Virus record (IMG/VR): IMGVR_UViG_3300045988_165036
Span: 1-64,000 of that record
DNA: 64,000 nt
Strand: one strand, 5' to 3'
Source: a virus
Translations under genes and position numbers: made by a program
The notes under the pieces: generated by a model
Told to the model about the DNA's origin: nothing
What the model saw: only the letters and a program-made list of their open reading frames with translations
The model's database searches: none
Part shown: positions 49,461 to 59,007 of the stretch, piece by piece
Layout: each line of letters begins with the position of its first letter
Numbering within the stretch: the first letter of the stretch is position 1

Positions 49461-51665
49461 ATGGCAGAATTTAATTCGAGTACAGAATCCGGTTGCATTG
49501 CGGGCAATCTTCCGTTAAAGGTTATGCGCGTCGCGATGGAAAATAAGGGACTTCTTGAAAAAGCAGGATCCCTTTATTGTGGAACCGGGAAAGTAAATCC
49601 TGTAATAATTGAAAATGAAAGATATGACGTTCCTGTCACAATTGCTGTCGAACCCCCAGAAGGCGGAGTAAAAAGCAACACAACTTATGGAATCCAATTT
49701 ATGCTTGACGGAAATGAAAAAGTAGCTGGCGCAATTATGCGGCCATCGGGTTCTGCAGGAGGCTCTATAGGACCTACCGGTCCGCAGGGTCCTAAAGGGG
49801 AGCCCGGTCCGCAGGGTCCTAAAGGGGACAAGGGCGATCCAGGATTTGTGCCGACGGGCGGAAAGGTGCAAATCACTCATGTAACCTATAATAGCGATAC
49901 TGGGGCTATTTTTACAGGGATGCTAATTATGCCCGGAACGCCTAACGCAATAAGTATACCTTTTACAACAAACGTCCCTATTATATCCGGCAATAATGTA
50001 ACAATTAACGTGAATGAATCGGGCAATGCCTTAGTCATAACGGCAGAAGGAGGAACGGGGACTGATGGCAAATGGAACGATCAGGCTTATCGACTTCTTA
50101 AAACGGTGTTAGAAAACATTGCCTACACAGATGATCATACAGGACAAAATGCGGCAGAAAGCTTAATTGCAATATTGACAGCAGGGTCTCAAATCAACAG
50201 AATCACAGCGACTCTTAAAGAAAAAACAAGATATATAGGAGATGCTTTAACAGAAAATGATTTTACTGTGACAGGCTATTACGACAATGGAGATTCTGAA
50301 GTAATTACAAGTGGGTATACAGTGTCTCCCCAGACTATCACAGTTCTCAGTTTTAATGCGACAATCACTTACAATTCTCTTAAAACAACTGTTCCTGTAA
50401 CTGCACAGGAAAATCTAGCTCAGTCGTGGGTAATTGATAGCTATACACCAACTAAAACAGTGCTTTATGTTGACGACGATATCAAGACAAGTGGTTATTT
50501 TACCCACACAGTGACCTTTAACAATGGAAAAACACAGACATTGACTAGTTGGGACAATATTTCTGAAATCAATCCTAAAGTGTTTACAGACACGTCAACA
50601 ACAGTAACAGCAAAAATAGCTTATGCAGGACTATTCACCACTCAGGACTATACCATAACAGGAATTAAAGCAAAGCCTGTTGCAACGACACTAGAGGCAA
50701 CTTATACAGGGTCAACCAATGTCGGAACAGAGGTAACAGCTAGTAACTGGACGTATAAAGTAAAAGACCAGTATGGAAATGTTATCGATCCGGGTGGAAC
50801 TCTAGTACAGTCGCCCAATTTTGTTACTTTAATTGAAGGTGATAACACAATAGGCTTAACTCTCATGTTTAGTGGTGGACAAGTTTCCACACAGAAGGTA
50901 ATTGTTGGAGTTGCGGGCGCTCCCACACTTACAGGCTTAACAGCGACCTATACGGGTGGCGCAGTAGCAGCCGGCACAACTTTAGACCAACTAAACGAAG
51001 TCGTCAAAGCAACATACTCTGATGGCTCTACATCAACAGCTCTAACCAAAGGCACTGATTATACACTGTCCGGCGCACTAACTCCCGGTCAAACAAACAC
51101 CATCACAGTAACTGGCAAGGGCACATACGCAGGCTTTACAACCACCTTCTCGGTAACAGTGGAAGCAGCATCAACCTCTGTTACATACGCAAAAATGTAC
51201 ATTTACCCAGTTGATTATGATACAAGTTTAGGTGCGATGCAAAGTCCACACATACAAACAAACAGAGCTAATTCGGCTGGATGGAATATTGTTGGAAGCG
51301 GAACTACTACATCTCCAGCTGGTTTGCATGGCAATACTGGAAATGTTACTTTCGATCAGGCACTAACAGCAACTCCAAAAACTATCAAGATTACAAGAGT
51401 ATCTACAGAAGACCAGCCCACAGCCGCTAATGCCGGATACGATGGTGTATGGACTCTCAATGCAGATGCTACAACAGCTGATGGTCATTGTTACATTCTA
51501 TCAAATCATACAAAGAAATCTCTTGCTGTTGCTGCTGGTGACATTGAATGGATACGTGATGGTAACAATTATGCAGGTATTTCTAAATTCGTAACAAACT
51601 CCGCAGCTGTTCAGTATTTTGGAAAAACATGTCCTCATGGTGTGTTGTTAGAGGTGGAATGCTGA
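49461..51665 (+). CDS. Collagen-like repeat tail fibre with Ig-like repeats
   Basis: G-X-Y tract GPTGPQGPKGEPGPQGPKGDKGDPG (49770-49844). The later part has repeated ~90-aa T/V-rich modules (…TATLKEKTRYIGDALTENDFTVTGYYDNGDSEVITSGYTVSP…). Confidence 0.55.
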   Translation: MAEFNSSTESGCIAGNLPLKVMRVAMENKGLLEKAGSLYCGTGKVNPVIIENERYDVPVTIAVEPPEGGVKSNTTYGIQFMLDGNEKVAGAIMRPSGSAGGSIGPTGPQGPKGEPGPQGPKGDKGDPGFVPTGGKVQITHVTYNSDTGAIFTGMLIMPGTPNAISIPFTTNVPIISGNNVTINVNESGNALVITAEGGTGTDGKWNDQAYRLLKTVLENIAYTDDHTGQNAAESLIAILTAGSQINRITATLKEKTRYIGDALTENDFTVTGYYDNGDSEVITSGYTVSPQTITVLSFNATITYNSLKTTVPVTAQENLAQSWVIDSYTPTKTVLYVDDDIKTSGYFTHTVTFNNGKTQTLTSWDNISEINPKVFTDTSTTVTAKIAYAGLFTTQDYTITGIKAKPVATTLEATYTGSTNVGTEVTASNWTYKVKDQYGNVIDPGGTLVQSPNFVTLIEGDNTIGLTLMFSGGQVSTQKVIVGVAGAPTLTGLTATYTGGAVAAGTTLDQLNEVVKATYSDGSTSTALTKGTDYTLSGALTPGQTNTITVTGKGTYAGFTTTFSVTVEAASTSVTYAKMYIYPVDYDTSLGAMQSPHIQTNRANSAGWNIVGSGTTTSPAGLHGNTGNVTFDQALTATPKTIKITRVSTEDQPTAANAGYDGVWTLNADATTADGHCYILSNHTKKSLAVAAGDIEWIRDGNNYAGISKFVTNSAAVQYFGKTCPHGVLLEVEC

Positions 51666-52816
51666 TGAGTACTTTACGTGGCAAATTTATAGTTTGTTCT
51701 GATTTACACAGCCGTTACACAAACGCTTATGGTAAAAAACACAGACTCATGGAACTGTACAGGGCTGAAAAGGCAAATGGTGTTGAAATACACACTTGCG
51801 GAGACTTTGCTGTAACTACAGGGGGGCTATTTAATAGCTCCTCTTGGCTTACATACTACAAAATATTTCTCGATGAATGGACTGATTTGGGTGGAATTAC
51901 AACAGCTGGAAATCATGACAGTGGAAATAATTTCGGCTCTGTAAATGTAACAGACAATGGAGTTGAGTATACTGCAATTGAGTACTGGAAGAAGAAAACA
52001 GGAGCTGATGACAATTTAATCATACAAAGACAATTCAATGATGGAAGGGATGTTTTGTTGTCGTTGTCTGAAAATACAGGCAAAGTCGATGGTTATAGTC
52101 AAGAAACAATAAATCGTGTTAAAAGTGTTATCACAAATAACCCGGACAAAAGAATATTCCTATTTATGCACTACCCGTGCTGGAAACAAGTTGATAATAC
52201 AACAGCTGTTTATACTATAACTACAGACGGTACAGTAACAGAGAAAACATTTCCTAAAAACTCTTTTGCAACACGTTATGGAACAGGACAAACAGGTAAT
52301 TGGGTAAATCCAACAGCTTACCCAGATCCCACAGAGTTTCTAACGTGGCTCTCCAATCAGCCCAATGTAATTATAATCAGCGGACACACACACAATGACT
52401 GGAGACTGCAAGAAGAGAAACTTACCTATACAGTAAATGGAACAACATACGTCGGTGGTGAGTTTCCAAATCTAAAATTCTACCACGTTCCAAATGGTGC
52501 TTACATGATCAACATTCCATCAATCAGATATCGCACAGAAGATGCTGTGTTTTCCATTTACAATGACAAAGTGGTAGTACAAGGCAGGGCTGGTGTATAT
52601 ACAAGCACAGGTAATTATGTAAGTGGCGAAGTCGATGAAATGAATGATAATGACACGTGGGAAATCAGAGATCTAGGTCCGGCTTATCAATACACTATAC
52701 CGCTATCAGAAGAAGCCAGTACAGGAATAACAGCTTACAATTACAATGGTCAGCAAATAACAACAGTCTATAACAAAGCAGGGCAATCTATAGCAGCAAT
52801 ATATCCATATCAATGA
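51665..52816 (+). CDS. Calcineurin-like metallophosphoesterase (second copy)
   Basis: ATG 51665 overlaps the TGA of the fibre gene (ATGA coupling). Motifs CSDLHS, CGDF, AGNHD, MHYP and SGHTHND. Confidence 0.65.
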   Translation: MSTLRGKFIVCSDLHSRYTNAYGKKHRLMELYRAEKANGVEIHTCGDFAVTTGGLFNSSSWLTYYKIFLDEWTDLGGITTAGNHDSGNNFGSVNVTDNGVEYTAIEYWKKKTGADDNLIIQRQFNDGRDVLLSLSENTGKVDGYSQETINRVKSVITNNPDKRIFLFMHYPCWKQVDNTTAVYTITTDGTVTEKTFPKNSFATRYGTGQTGNWVNPTAYPDPTEFLTWLSNQPNVIIISGHTHNDWRLQEEKLTYTVNGTTYVGGEFPNLKFYHVPNGAYMINIPSIRYRTEDAVFSIYNDKVVVQGRAGVYTSTGNYVSGEVDEMNDNDTWEIRDLGPAYQYTIPLSEEASTGITAYNYNGQQITTVYNKAGQSIAAIYPYQ

Positions 52817-52896
52817 CATGCGCTCAAATTCACGATATAAAAAAATATTTCGTTATAATAAATATTTACAGATATTTCAACGGTTTTAAAAACTAC

Positions 52897-52925
52897 TTGA
52901 CAAACTAATAATTTTAGTGTATAAT
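52897..52925 (+). promoter_or_regulatory. Sigma-70/SigA-type promoter (TTGACA-17-TATAAT)
   Basis: -35 at 52897-902, 17-nt spacer, -10 TATAAT at 52920-25. Confidence 0.7.
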
Positions 52926-53044
52926 AGGGGTGGTTGGGCGGGAATAGATAATAATAATATATGATATATAGTATATATATCAATGATTATATAATTGCTA
53001 TATATATGCTATATCATATCTGTACCATTTGTTCAACCACCCCT
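52926..53044. repeat. Nested inverted repeat (119-bp imperfect palindrome with an AT-rich centre)
   Basis: The outer arm AGGGGTGGTTG (52926-36) pairs with CAACCACCCCT (53034-44). The inner arm ATATGATATA (52959-68) pairs with TATATCATAT (53010-19). Confidence 0.8.
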
Positions 53045-53098
53045 ATTCTCCCTATTTAGAAAATCAAATTAAAGAAAGGAGGGCTACTTGTAAATTAT

Positions 53099-53821
53099 AT
53101 GATTGACGCAAAAGATTTTTTAAACGTGACAAGAGATATAATTGAACAGCAAATCAGAGATCGTTCGACCGATGCTGTTTGTGAAATTGAAAGTATTAAT
53201 GAAGATGGGACGCTTAACGTTTTCGTGCTACCGGATAAACAAACAATACTCAAAAATATAATTAATGAATCTCGGTATAACTTCAGGCGTGGAGATAATG
53301 CACTGCTATATAAGATTCATAACCGGCTGTCAGATTCATTTGTCGTCGCAAAATTTCGCCCGAAGCAAGAAGACGCTGGAATTTCCGAAAAGTCAGTACA
53401 AAGCCTTATAGATAATGCCCTACAAAATTATCAAGGTGGTTCTGGAGGAGATTCTGGCGGGATTCAAGGCCCTCCTGGACCGCAAGGCATTCAGGGAGAT
53501 GTGGGTCCTACTGGACCTGCTGGAACGGTCCCGCATTTTTACAGACACGAAATCGAGAATATGAGTACCGGAACAATAGATGGGATACGCTTTTATCTTG
53601 ATATGACAACTCAAAATCCTACAGAACAGCAAATTCTTGATGCTATACCGAATGGACTTGTTGGACAATTTCTTGAAATTGGAACCGGATGGTTGCCTTG
53701 TTCTATTTATTATAATAGTAAAACAAATAAAATATCTTTTTGTTCTCCATCGTATCAAAATATAGATGACGAACCGTCTTTGTTTAATTTTGGAGTGAAA
53801 AAGACAACACAATTATTCTAA
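53099..53821 (+). CDS. Collagen-like repeat protein
   Basis: G-X-Y tract GPPGPQGIQGDVGPTGPAG (about 53468-53524). Long spacing from the RBS AAAGGAGGG. Confidence 0.45.
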   Translation: MIDAKDFLNVTRDIIEQQIRDRSTDAVCEIESINEDGTLNVFVLPDKQTILKNIINESRYNFRRGDNALLYKIHNRLSDSFVVAKFRPKQEDAGISEKSVQSLIDNALQNYQGGSGGDSGGIQGPPGPQGIQGDVGPTGPAGTVPHFYRHEIENMSTGTIDGIRFYLDMTTQNPTEQQILDAIPNGLVGQFLEIGTGWLPCSIYYNSKTNKISFCSPSYQNIDDEPSLFNFGVKKTTQLF

Positions 53822-53827
53822 AACCAC

Positions 53828-53856
53828 TTGACAAATTAATCGTTTTGTGGTATAAT
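53828..53856 (+). promoter_or_regulatory. Sigma-70/SigA-type promoter (TTGACA-17-TGgTATAAT)
   Basis: -35 at 53828-33, -10 at 53851-56, with TGg immediately upstream. Confidence 0.75.
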
Positions 53857-53907
53857 ATATATTGCCTGGGAATCGAAAATTTTCCCCGGCAGAAAGTAGA
53901 GGATTTT

Positions 53908-54378
53908 ATGAGAAAGTTCGAAGAAGTAAGAGATGAGTTTAAAGTGTTTCCTGATGTGGAAACGAAACTCCCGGAGAGAAGTGATTCGCGAAGCGCGGGA
54001 TACGATCTTCATTCAAAAGAAGATTATGTGCTTCAGCCGGGAGAATCGCACACGTTTTGGACAGATGTGTGTGCGACAATGTTTTTTGACAATGTAATGT
54101 TTATTTTTGCGAGATCTGGTCTTGGATGTAAGAAAGGCGTTGTGCCTAGAAACTGTGTTGGCGTAATAGATCCTAGTTATTATGGGAATTCTTCGACGGG
54201 TGGAAATTTGGCTGTTTGTTTGGAAAATAACGGAGATGAACCGCTTGAAGTGAAGATTGGCGACCGAATTGCGCAAATTGTGTACTGCCGCTATCTTGTA
54301 ACTGATGATGATCGCTTTCTCTCGCGGAAGGCCGATAAGGTTGAACGCACCGGTGGATTTGGAAGCACGGGGAGGTAA
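53908..54378 (+). CDS. dut: dUTP diphosphatase (trimeric dUTPase)
   Basis: Motifs AGYDL, ARSG, GVIDPSYYG, GDRIAQ and the C-terminal RTGGFGSTG. ATG 53908 follows AGAGGA. Confidence 0.9.
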   Translation: MRKFEEVRDEFKVFPDVETKLPERSDSRSAGYDLHSKEDYVLQPGESHTFWTDVCATMFFDNVMFIFARSGLGCKKGVVPRNCVGVIDPSYYGNSSTGGNLAVCLENNGDEPLEVKIGDRIAQIVYCRYLVTDDDRFLSRKADKVERTGGFGSTGR

Positions 54379-54383
54379 TGGGA

Positions 54384-54590
54384 ATGAAAGTCGTATTTTA
54401 TACAATTGGGTGTCCAAAATGCCGCGTGCTTGAAAGTAAGCTGAAGGCAAAAAAAGTTGACTTTGAGGAATGCAGAGATATTGAAATTATGCAGGAGAAG
54501 GGGTTTGAGAATGCCCCGATGCTCGAAGTGGACGGAACTGCGATGAGTTTCGGAGACGCGGTAAAATGGATTAATAATTTGGAGGCATAA
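54384..54590 (+). CDS. nrdH: NrdH/glutaredoxin-like redoxin
   Basis: KVVFYTIGCPKCRVLESKL has a CxxC at the start of a thioredoxin fold, then ...APMLEVDG. Sits directly upstream of nrdD. Confidence 0.7.
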   Translation: MKVVFYTIGCPKCRVLESKLKAKKVDFEECRDIEIMQEKGFENAPMLEVDGTAMSFGDAVKWINNLEA

Positions 54591-54595
54591 TATAT

Positions 54596-56512
54596 ATGGA
54601 AATTAGCATTAATCTTGATAATGATTTTGAACTGGAATTAAAAAAGCTTGAGGCAAAATATGGGGAAGAGATTACAAAAATTAACGGATTTTCTTCTGAC
54701 CAATTGGACTATACGAGTTTTATAGACAATTTTGTCGATAGTGATAATGTTGCTAATGCAACGATCGATCCTAATGCTAATGCTAATTCAAAGGATGCTC
54801 GTGGGCTATTAGACGAAATGAACAAGCCACACTCTAAATTATTGAGTTTTAATAAAATTTATTATGAAATCAAAAAGAAATATGACAAAAAAGTTGCAAA
54901 CAAATGGTTAGAAGATGAGTTTTCTGGTGCTCTTTATATGCATGACGCCCCCTCCTCTTCGTTTTATTCATATTGTTACGCTTATGAGCTTCAAAATTTA
55001 GCAGAAAAAGGATTATACTTTTTGCCGAAAAGCAATACAGAACCTCCGAAGCATTTAACAACTTTTATGGCACATTTGCGCGAATTTATTGTATGGGTAT
55101 CTAATAGAACCGCTGGTGCTTGCGCCCTTCCGAGCTTTTTTGTATATACGTGGTATTTTTGGAATAAGGATGTTCAAGAAGGATATTATTTAAAAAATCC
55201 AGAATACTACAGAAAACAAATGTTTCAGCAATTTATTTTTGAGGTAAATCAAATTCATACTAGAATAATTCAGTCCGCATATACAAATTTAATTATTATG
55301 GACCGTAATTATTTGACTGAAATTTTTGGAGACCGTCAATTCCCCGATGGCTCTTATGTTATTGACCACATTGAGGATATTATTGAACATCAAAAAATTT
55401 ATATGCAAACGGAATCAGAGATTCGTCACGAAGTATTTCACACATTTCCTGTTTATACATATTCTCTTCTGTTTCAAAATGGGAAATTTGTAGATGAAGA
55501 GTTTGCGCGCTGGTGCAATAAACAAAATCTTGATTGGTATGATAGCAATTTTTATGTCGGAGATTCTGTTACAAATCTCGCGTCGTGCTGTCGGATGCTT
55601 AACGATTTGTCGAAGCAGAAACAGTTCCAGTCTAGTATTGGGGGAAGTCTTGTTGAAATAGGATCTGTAAAAGTTAGCACAATTAATTTAATGAGGGTTG
55701 CATTGGAGTCCGGAGGAGACAAAACAAAATTTATTAAAATTTTAAAAGACAGAACGAAATTAAATATGCTCGTCTTGGATCGGGTTAGATACATTATTAA
55801 AAGGAATATTGAAAAGGGGCTTCTTCCAAACTATTCATACAATGTTATCAACTTGGATAAACAAACAACCACAAACGGTCTTACAGCAATGTTTGAGGCA
55901 ATCAAGTATATGGGGATGACGCAAACAGACGATTTGGGATGCATCAGCTACACGGATGAGGGTGTTAAGTTTGCTTGCAAAATTATGGACACGGTTAATG
56001 AATTACAAGATTCTGCTGGTTATGATTATAATGTGTCGTTGGAAATTATTCCGGCTGAATCTGCGAATGTGAAACTGTGTAAAAAGGATAATATTATTTA
56101 CCATAGAAATGAAGAGTTTATTTATTCAAACCAATGGACAAGTTTGATGGCAAAATGCAGTATTAATGAAAGAATTAAACTTGCTTCAATTCTTGATAAA
56201 AAGGCCGGAGGTGGTCAAATTCTCCACATTTCTCTTGAGGGAGCAAGGCTTACTGAAGACGAGAGCTGGAAACTGCTTAATCATATTGCGAACAGTGGCG
56301 TAATTTATTTTGCTTTTAATCCAAAACTTTCTTTGTGTGAAAAACAACATACATTTTTTGGAGAAGTATGTCCAATTTGCGGAAGACCAAAAGTAGATGA
56401 AGCAAGTCGTATAGTTGGTTATCTAGTAGCAACGTCTTCATATTCCAAAGATCGTAAGAGCGAATACGAAAATAGAATGTGGTATAAGGTCGGAGAAGAC
56501 CAATATTTGTGA
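54596..56512 (+). CDS. nrdD: Anaerobic ribonucleoside-triphosphate reductase (class III)
   Basis: 638 aa. C-terminal Zn site CEKQH...CPICG, followed by the glycyl-radical motif SRIVGYL. Adjacent to the activase gene. Confidence 0.85.
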   Translation: MEISINLDNDFELELKKLEAKYGEEITKINGFSSDQLDYTSFIDNFVDSDNVANATIDPNANANSKDARGLLDEMNKPHSKLLSFNKIYYEIKKKYDKKVANKWLEDEFSGALYMHDAPSSSFYSYCYAYELQNLAEKGLYFLPKSNTEPPKHLTTFMAHLREFIVWVSNRTAGACALPSFFVYTWYFWNKDVQEGYYLKNPEYYRKQMFQQFIFEVNQIHTRIIQSAYTNLIIMDRNYLTEIFGDRQFPDGSYVIDHIEDIIEHQKIYMQTESEIRHEVFHTFPVYTYSLLFQNGKFVDEEFARWCNKQNLDWYDSNFYVGDSVTNLASCCRMLNDLSKQKQFQSSIGGSLVEIGSVKVSTINLMRVALESGGDKTKFIKILKDRTKLNMLVLDRVRYIIKRNIEKGLLPNYSYNVINLDKQTTTNGLTAMFEAIKYMGMTQTDDLGCISYTDEGVKFACKIMDTVNELQDSAGYDYNVSLEIIPAESANVKLCKKDNIIYHRNEEFIYSNQWTSLMAKCSINERIKLASILDKKAGGGQILHISLEGARLTEDESWKLLNHIANSGVIYFAFNPKLSLCEKQHTFFGEVCPICGRPKVDEASRIVGYLVATSSYSKDRKSEYENRMWYKVGEDQYL

Positions 56513-56522
56513 GGTGTAAATT

Positions 56523-57481
56523 TTGAACTGTTTTAACATATCCAAAATGGAGAGGATTAAGTTAGACAAAAAAGAAGTAATAGATGCGATTTACGAATGC
56601 AAAAGTCAAAAGGAAATGGCAAAAAGACTTGGATGTGGCACAGATAAATTACGAAAATTTTTAAATGTTAGTGGTTTATATGAGCTGTTTTGCTCTGTTC
56701 GTAACGTGCCGTATAAACCACAAAAATTATTACCTTGCGTAATTTGTGGAGAAACAAGAAATACGAGTAGTCTTCGTGGATGTTTTTATTGTAAAAGACA
56801 TTATAATCAAATGTATCGATATGGAAAAATAGTGGAATCAACCATTTATGATAAAAATGAAATAATTATTGATGGGGTATTGCTAAAATAATTATTAAAG
56901 ATAAAAACCAAAATTATAAATGCGAATCTATTATTGATGCAGAAGATGTCGAAAAAATTAAAGATTATAAATGGTATGAAAGTTATGGGTATTGTGTTAC
57001 AAAAGGAGTAAATCCAGAAAATGGGGTAGATATTTCTAATATAATATTTAATGATTTTGAAAGCCATTTTGATCATCAAAACCACGACAGACTAGACAAC
57101 AGAAAGTCTAATTTAAGACCGGTTTCTGCACATCAAAACGCAATGAATATGGGCAAGAAATGTACTAACAATTCTGGGGTTACTGGTGTTCAAAGACAAA
57201 ATAAAAATAGCCCTCGTTGGACGGCTGTAATTACCTATAATTATAAACCCATTTGGCTTGGAGCGGACGAAGATTTCGACAAGGTCGTTTTGTATAGACT
57301 TTTAGGAGAGGTTAAGTATTTTAAGGAATATTCACCGAATTATAATGTAGAGCGCAATGCGGTTTGTTTAAAATATCGTTCGCAAAGTGATAATATGCTT
57401 CATTATATTGAAATTGATATGGATGGGAATGTTTTACAAAATACTACTTGTCTAGAGGTATTGGAAGATGAAAATAATTGA
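56523..57481 (+). pseudogene. HNH-AP2 homing endonuclease split by a frameshift at a G4 run
   Basis: Frame 0 (56523-56891) encodes HTH plus CVICG...CKRH and ends ...EIIIDGVLLK*. The other frame is open from 56873 and continues (G)IAKIIIKDKNQNY...DHQNHDRLDNRKSNLRPVSAHQNAMN (HNH_3), then SGVTGVQRQNKNSPRWTAVITYNYKPIWLG (AP2). The shift maps to GGGG at 56874-77. Confidence 0.7.
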
Positions 57482-57941
57482 TTTAATTGATGAAGATTTC
57501 ATAAATTATAAAAAACCGTCCTTGTTTTTAGCACTCCCTTTTTGCACATTTAAATGTGAAAAAGAATGTGGAATTCAGTGTTGCCAAAACAGTTCTCTTG
57601 CGAAACAGCCGATTATTGAAATTCCAACAGAAAAGCTCGTTCAACGGTATTTGGAGAATCCAATCTCCGAATCCGTTGTTATGGGTGGAATGGAGCCATT
57701 GGACTCTTTCGAAGATGTTATCGAATTCGTATCTGTTCTTAGAAGACATGCTGAAGATCCTATCATCCTCTACACCGGCTACTACAAATCGGAAATCGAA
57801 GACAAAATCGTACAACTCCAAAAATTTCCAAACATTATTGTTAAATTTGGACGGTTCAAACCAAATGAACCGCATCATATAGATCCAATTCTCGGCGTGG
57901 AATTGGCGTCAACAAATCAATACGCCGAAAAAATTTCATAG
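57468..57941 (+). CDS. nrdG: Anaerobic RNR activating protein (radical SAM-like)
   Basis: N-terminal Cys cluster PFCTFKCEKECGIQCCQN. About 157 aa, in the position expected after nrdD. Confidence 0.65.
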   Translation: MKIIDLIDEDFINYKKPSLFLALPFCTFKCEKECGIQCCQNSSLAKQPIIEIPTEKLVQRYLENPISESVVMGGMEPLDSFEDVIEFVSVLRRHAEDPIILYTGYYKSEIEDKIVQLQKFPNIIVKFGRFKPNEPHHIDPILGVELASTNQYAEKIS

Positions 57942-57957
57942 TCGAGGAGATTAAATT

Positions 57958-58164
57958 ATGGTAATAGCGAAAGTTAATGATGATGAAGAACTCGTCACGG
58001 AAATTAGAGCAGCAATCAAGGATAACGACGGATACTGTTGCTGCGCTATCAAGCGCGTTCCTGAAGTAAAATGTCCCTGCACTAATTTCCGTCAGATGCT
58101 AAAAGAGGGGCGTGTTGGGGAGACTTGCCATTGCGGGCTTTACGAAATTGCGGAAGTGCGTTAA
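57958..58164 (+). CDS. Ferredoxin-thioredoxin reductase catalytic-subunit-like mini-protein
   Basis: Three CxC motifs: CCC (27-29), CPC (39-41), CHC (57-59). The segment KCPCTNFRQMLKEGRVGETCHCGLY matches the CPC...CHCxLF signature of FTR beta. Confidence 0.55.
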   Translation: MVIAKVNDDEELVTEIRAAIKDNDGYCCCAIKRVPEVKCPCTNFRQMLKEGRVGETCHCGLYEIAEVR

Positions 58165-58192
58165 AAATAATTAAGAAAAGGAGATATAAATT

Positions 58193-58822
58193 ATGCCAAA
58201 ATTTTTAACAATTCCGACATGGTATGATAAAAATGGACAATTGAATCAGATGCTGACGGGAGACGCGAGAAGTGCAGGCGTTGGCCCTAAGAACGTTTCG
58301 ATTGGGGAGACTTCTTCGGCTGGCGTAGCTAATGGCTCCGGTGGAAGTGTCGTTATTGGATATGGTGCGAGCGGAGAAAACGACGCTGTTGCTGTTGGGG
58401 CTCTTTCGTCTGCAAAGACGGGAAGCATTGCCATCGGCCGCTCAATAATCGCTTCCGATGGGGGGATTGGCATTGGAGGAGGCGCGTCTGCCGGTCAGAT
58501 ACAATTAGGAAACAAAAGTACGAAATACGATCTGACGGTTGGCGATGGGAATGGAACGGCCAAAATCGGAACTCTTGTTTTGGGAGATGAGGTGTTACCC
58601 AATAATATTTCATCAGCGGGTCTTTATTTATGTACGGCGAAGGTGACCGTTGGTGAGAACACTTCATGGGCTTCTGGTCTTATTTGGATTAATCACATGA
58701 TAGTGAACGCATATGCCGTCAATGGCTCTGTCTCTTTTAACTATAGCGGAAGTAACCATACAATAACCTGCGAAGGGGTAGGGGCTACGTTGGAAAAGTG
58801 TTTTAAAATCTTCCAAAAATAA
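58193..58822 (+). CDS. Gly/Ser/Ala-rich repeat protein (YadA-head-like beta-roll by eye)
   Basis: Repeats of the form SVVIGYGASGENDAVAVGALSSAKTGSIAIGRSIIASDGGIGIGGGASAG. Confidence 0.3.
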   Translation: MPKFLTIPTWYDKNGQLNQMLTGDARSAGVGPKNVSIGETSSAGVANGSGGSVVIGYGASGENDAVAVGALSSAKTGSIAIGRSIIASDGGIGIGGGASAGQIQLGNKSTKYDLTVGDGNGTAKIGTLVLGDEVLPNNISSAGLYLCTAKVTVGENTSWASGLIWINHMIVNAYAVNGSVSFNYSGSNHTITCEGVGATLEKCFKIFQK

Positions 58823-59007
58823 ATATACTAAATATTTATAAACAGACATTATGATATTTAGACCGTCATGTACTCGATTGGCGTGATAAGTCATTGCTTT
58901 GGTGCACATATTTTTTTAAAAAAGAAATGGAACAGAAATTCCAATCCCTTTATGGGTTGGGTGGTTCGCAAATAAAAAAATATATTCTAAAAGGAGAAAG
59001 ATTTGAA

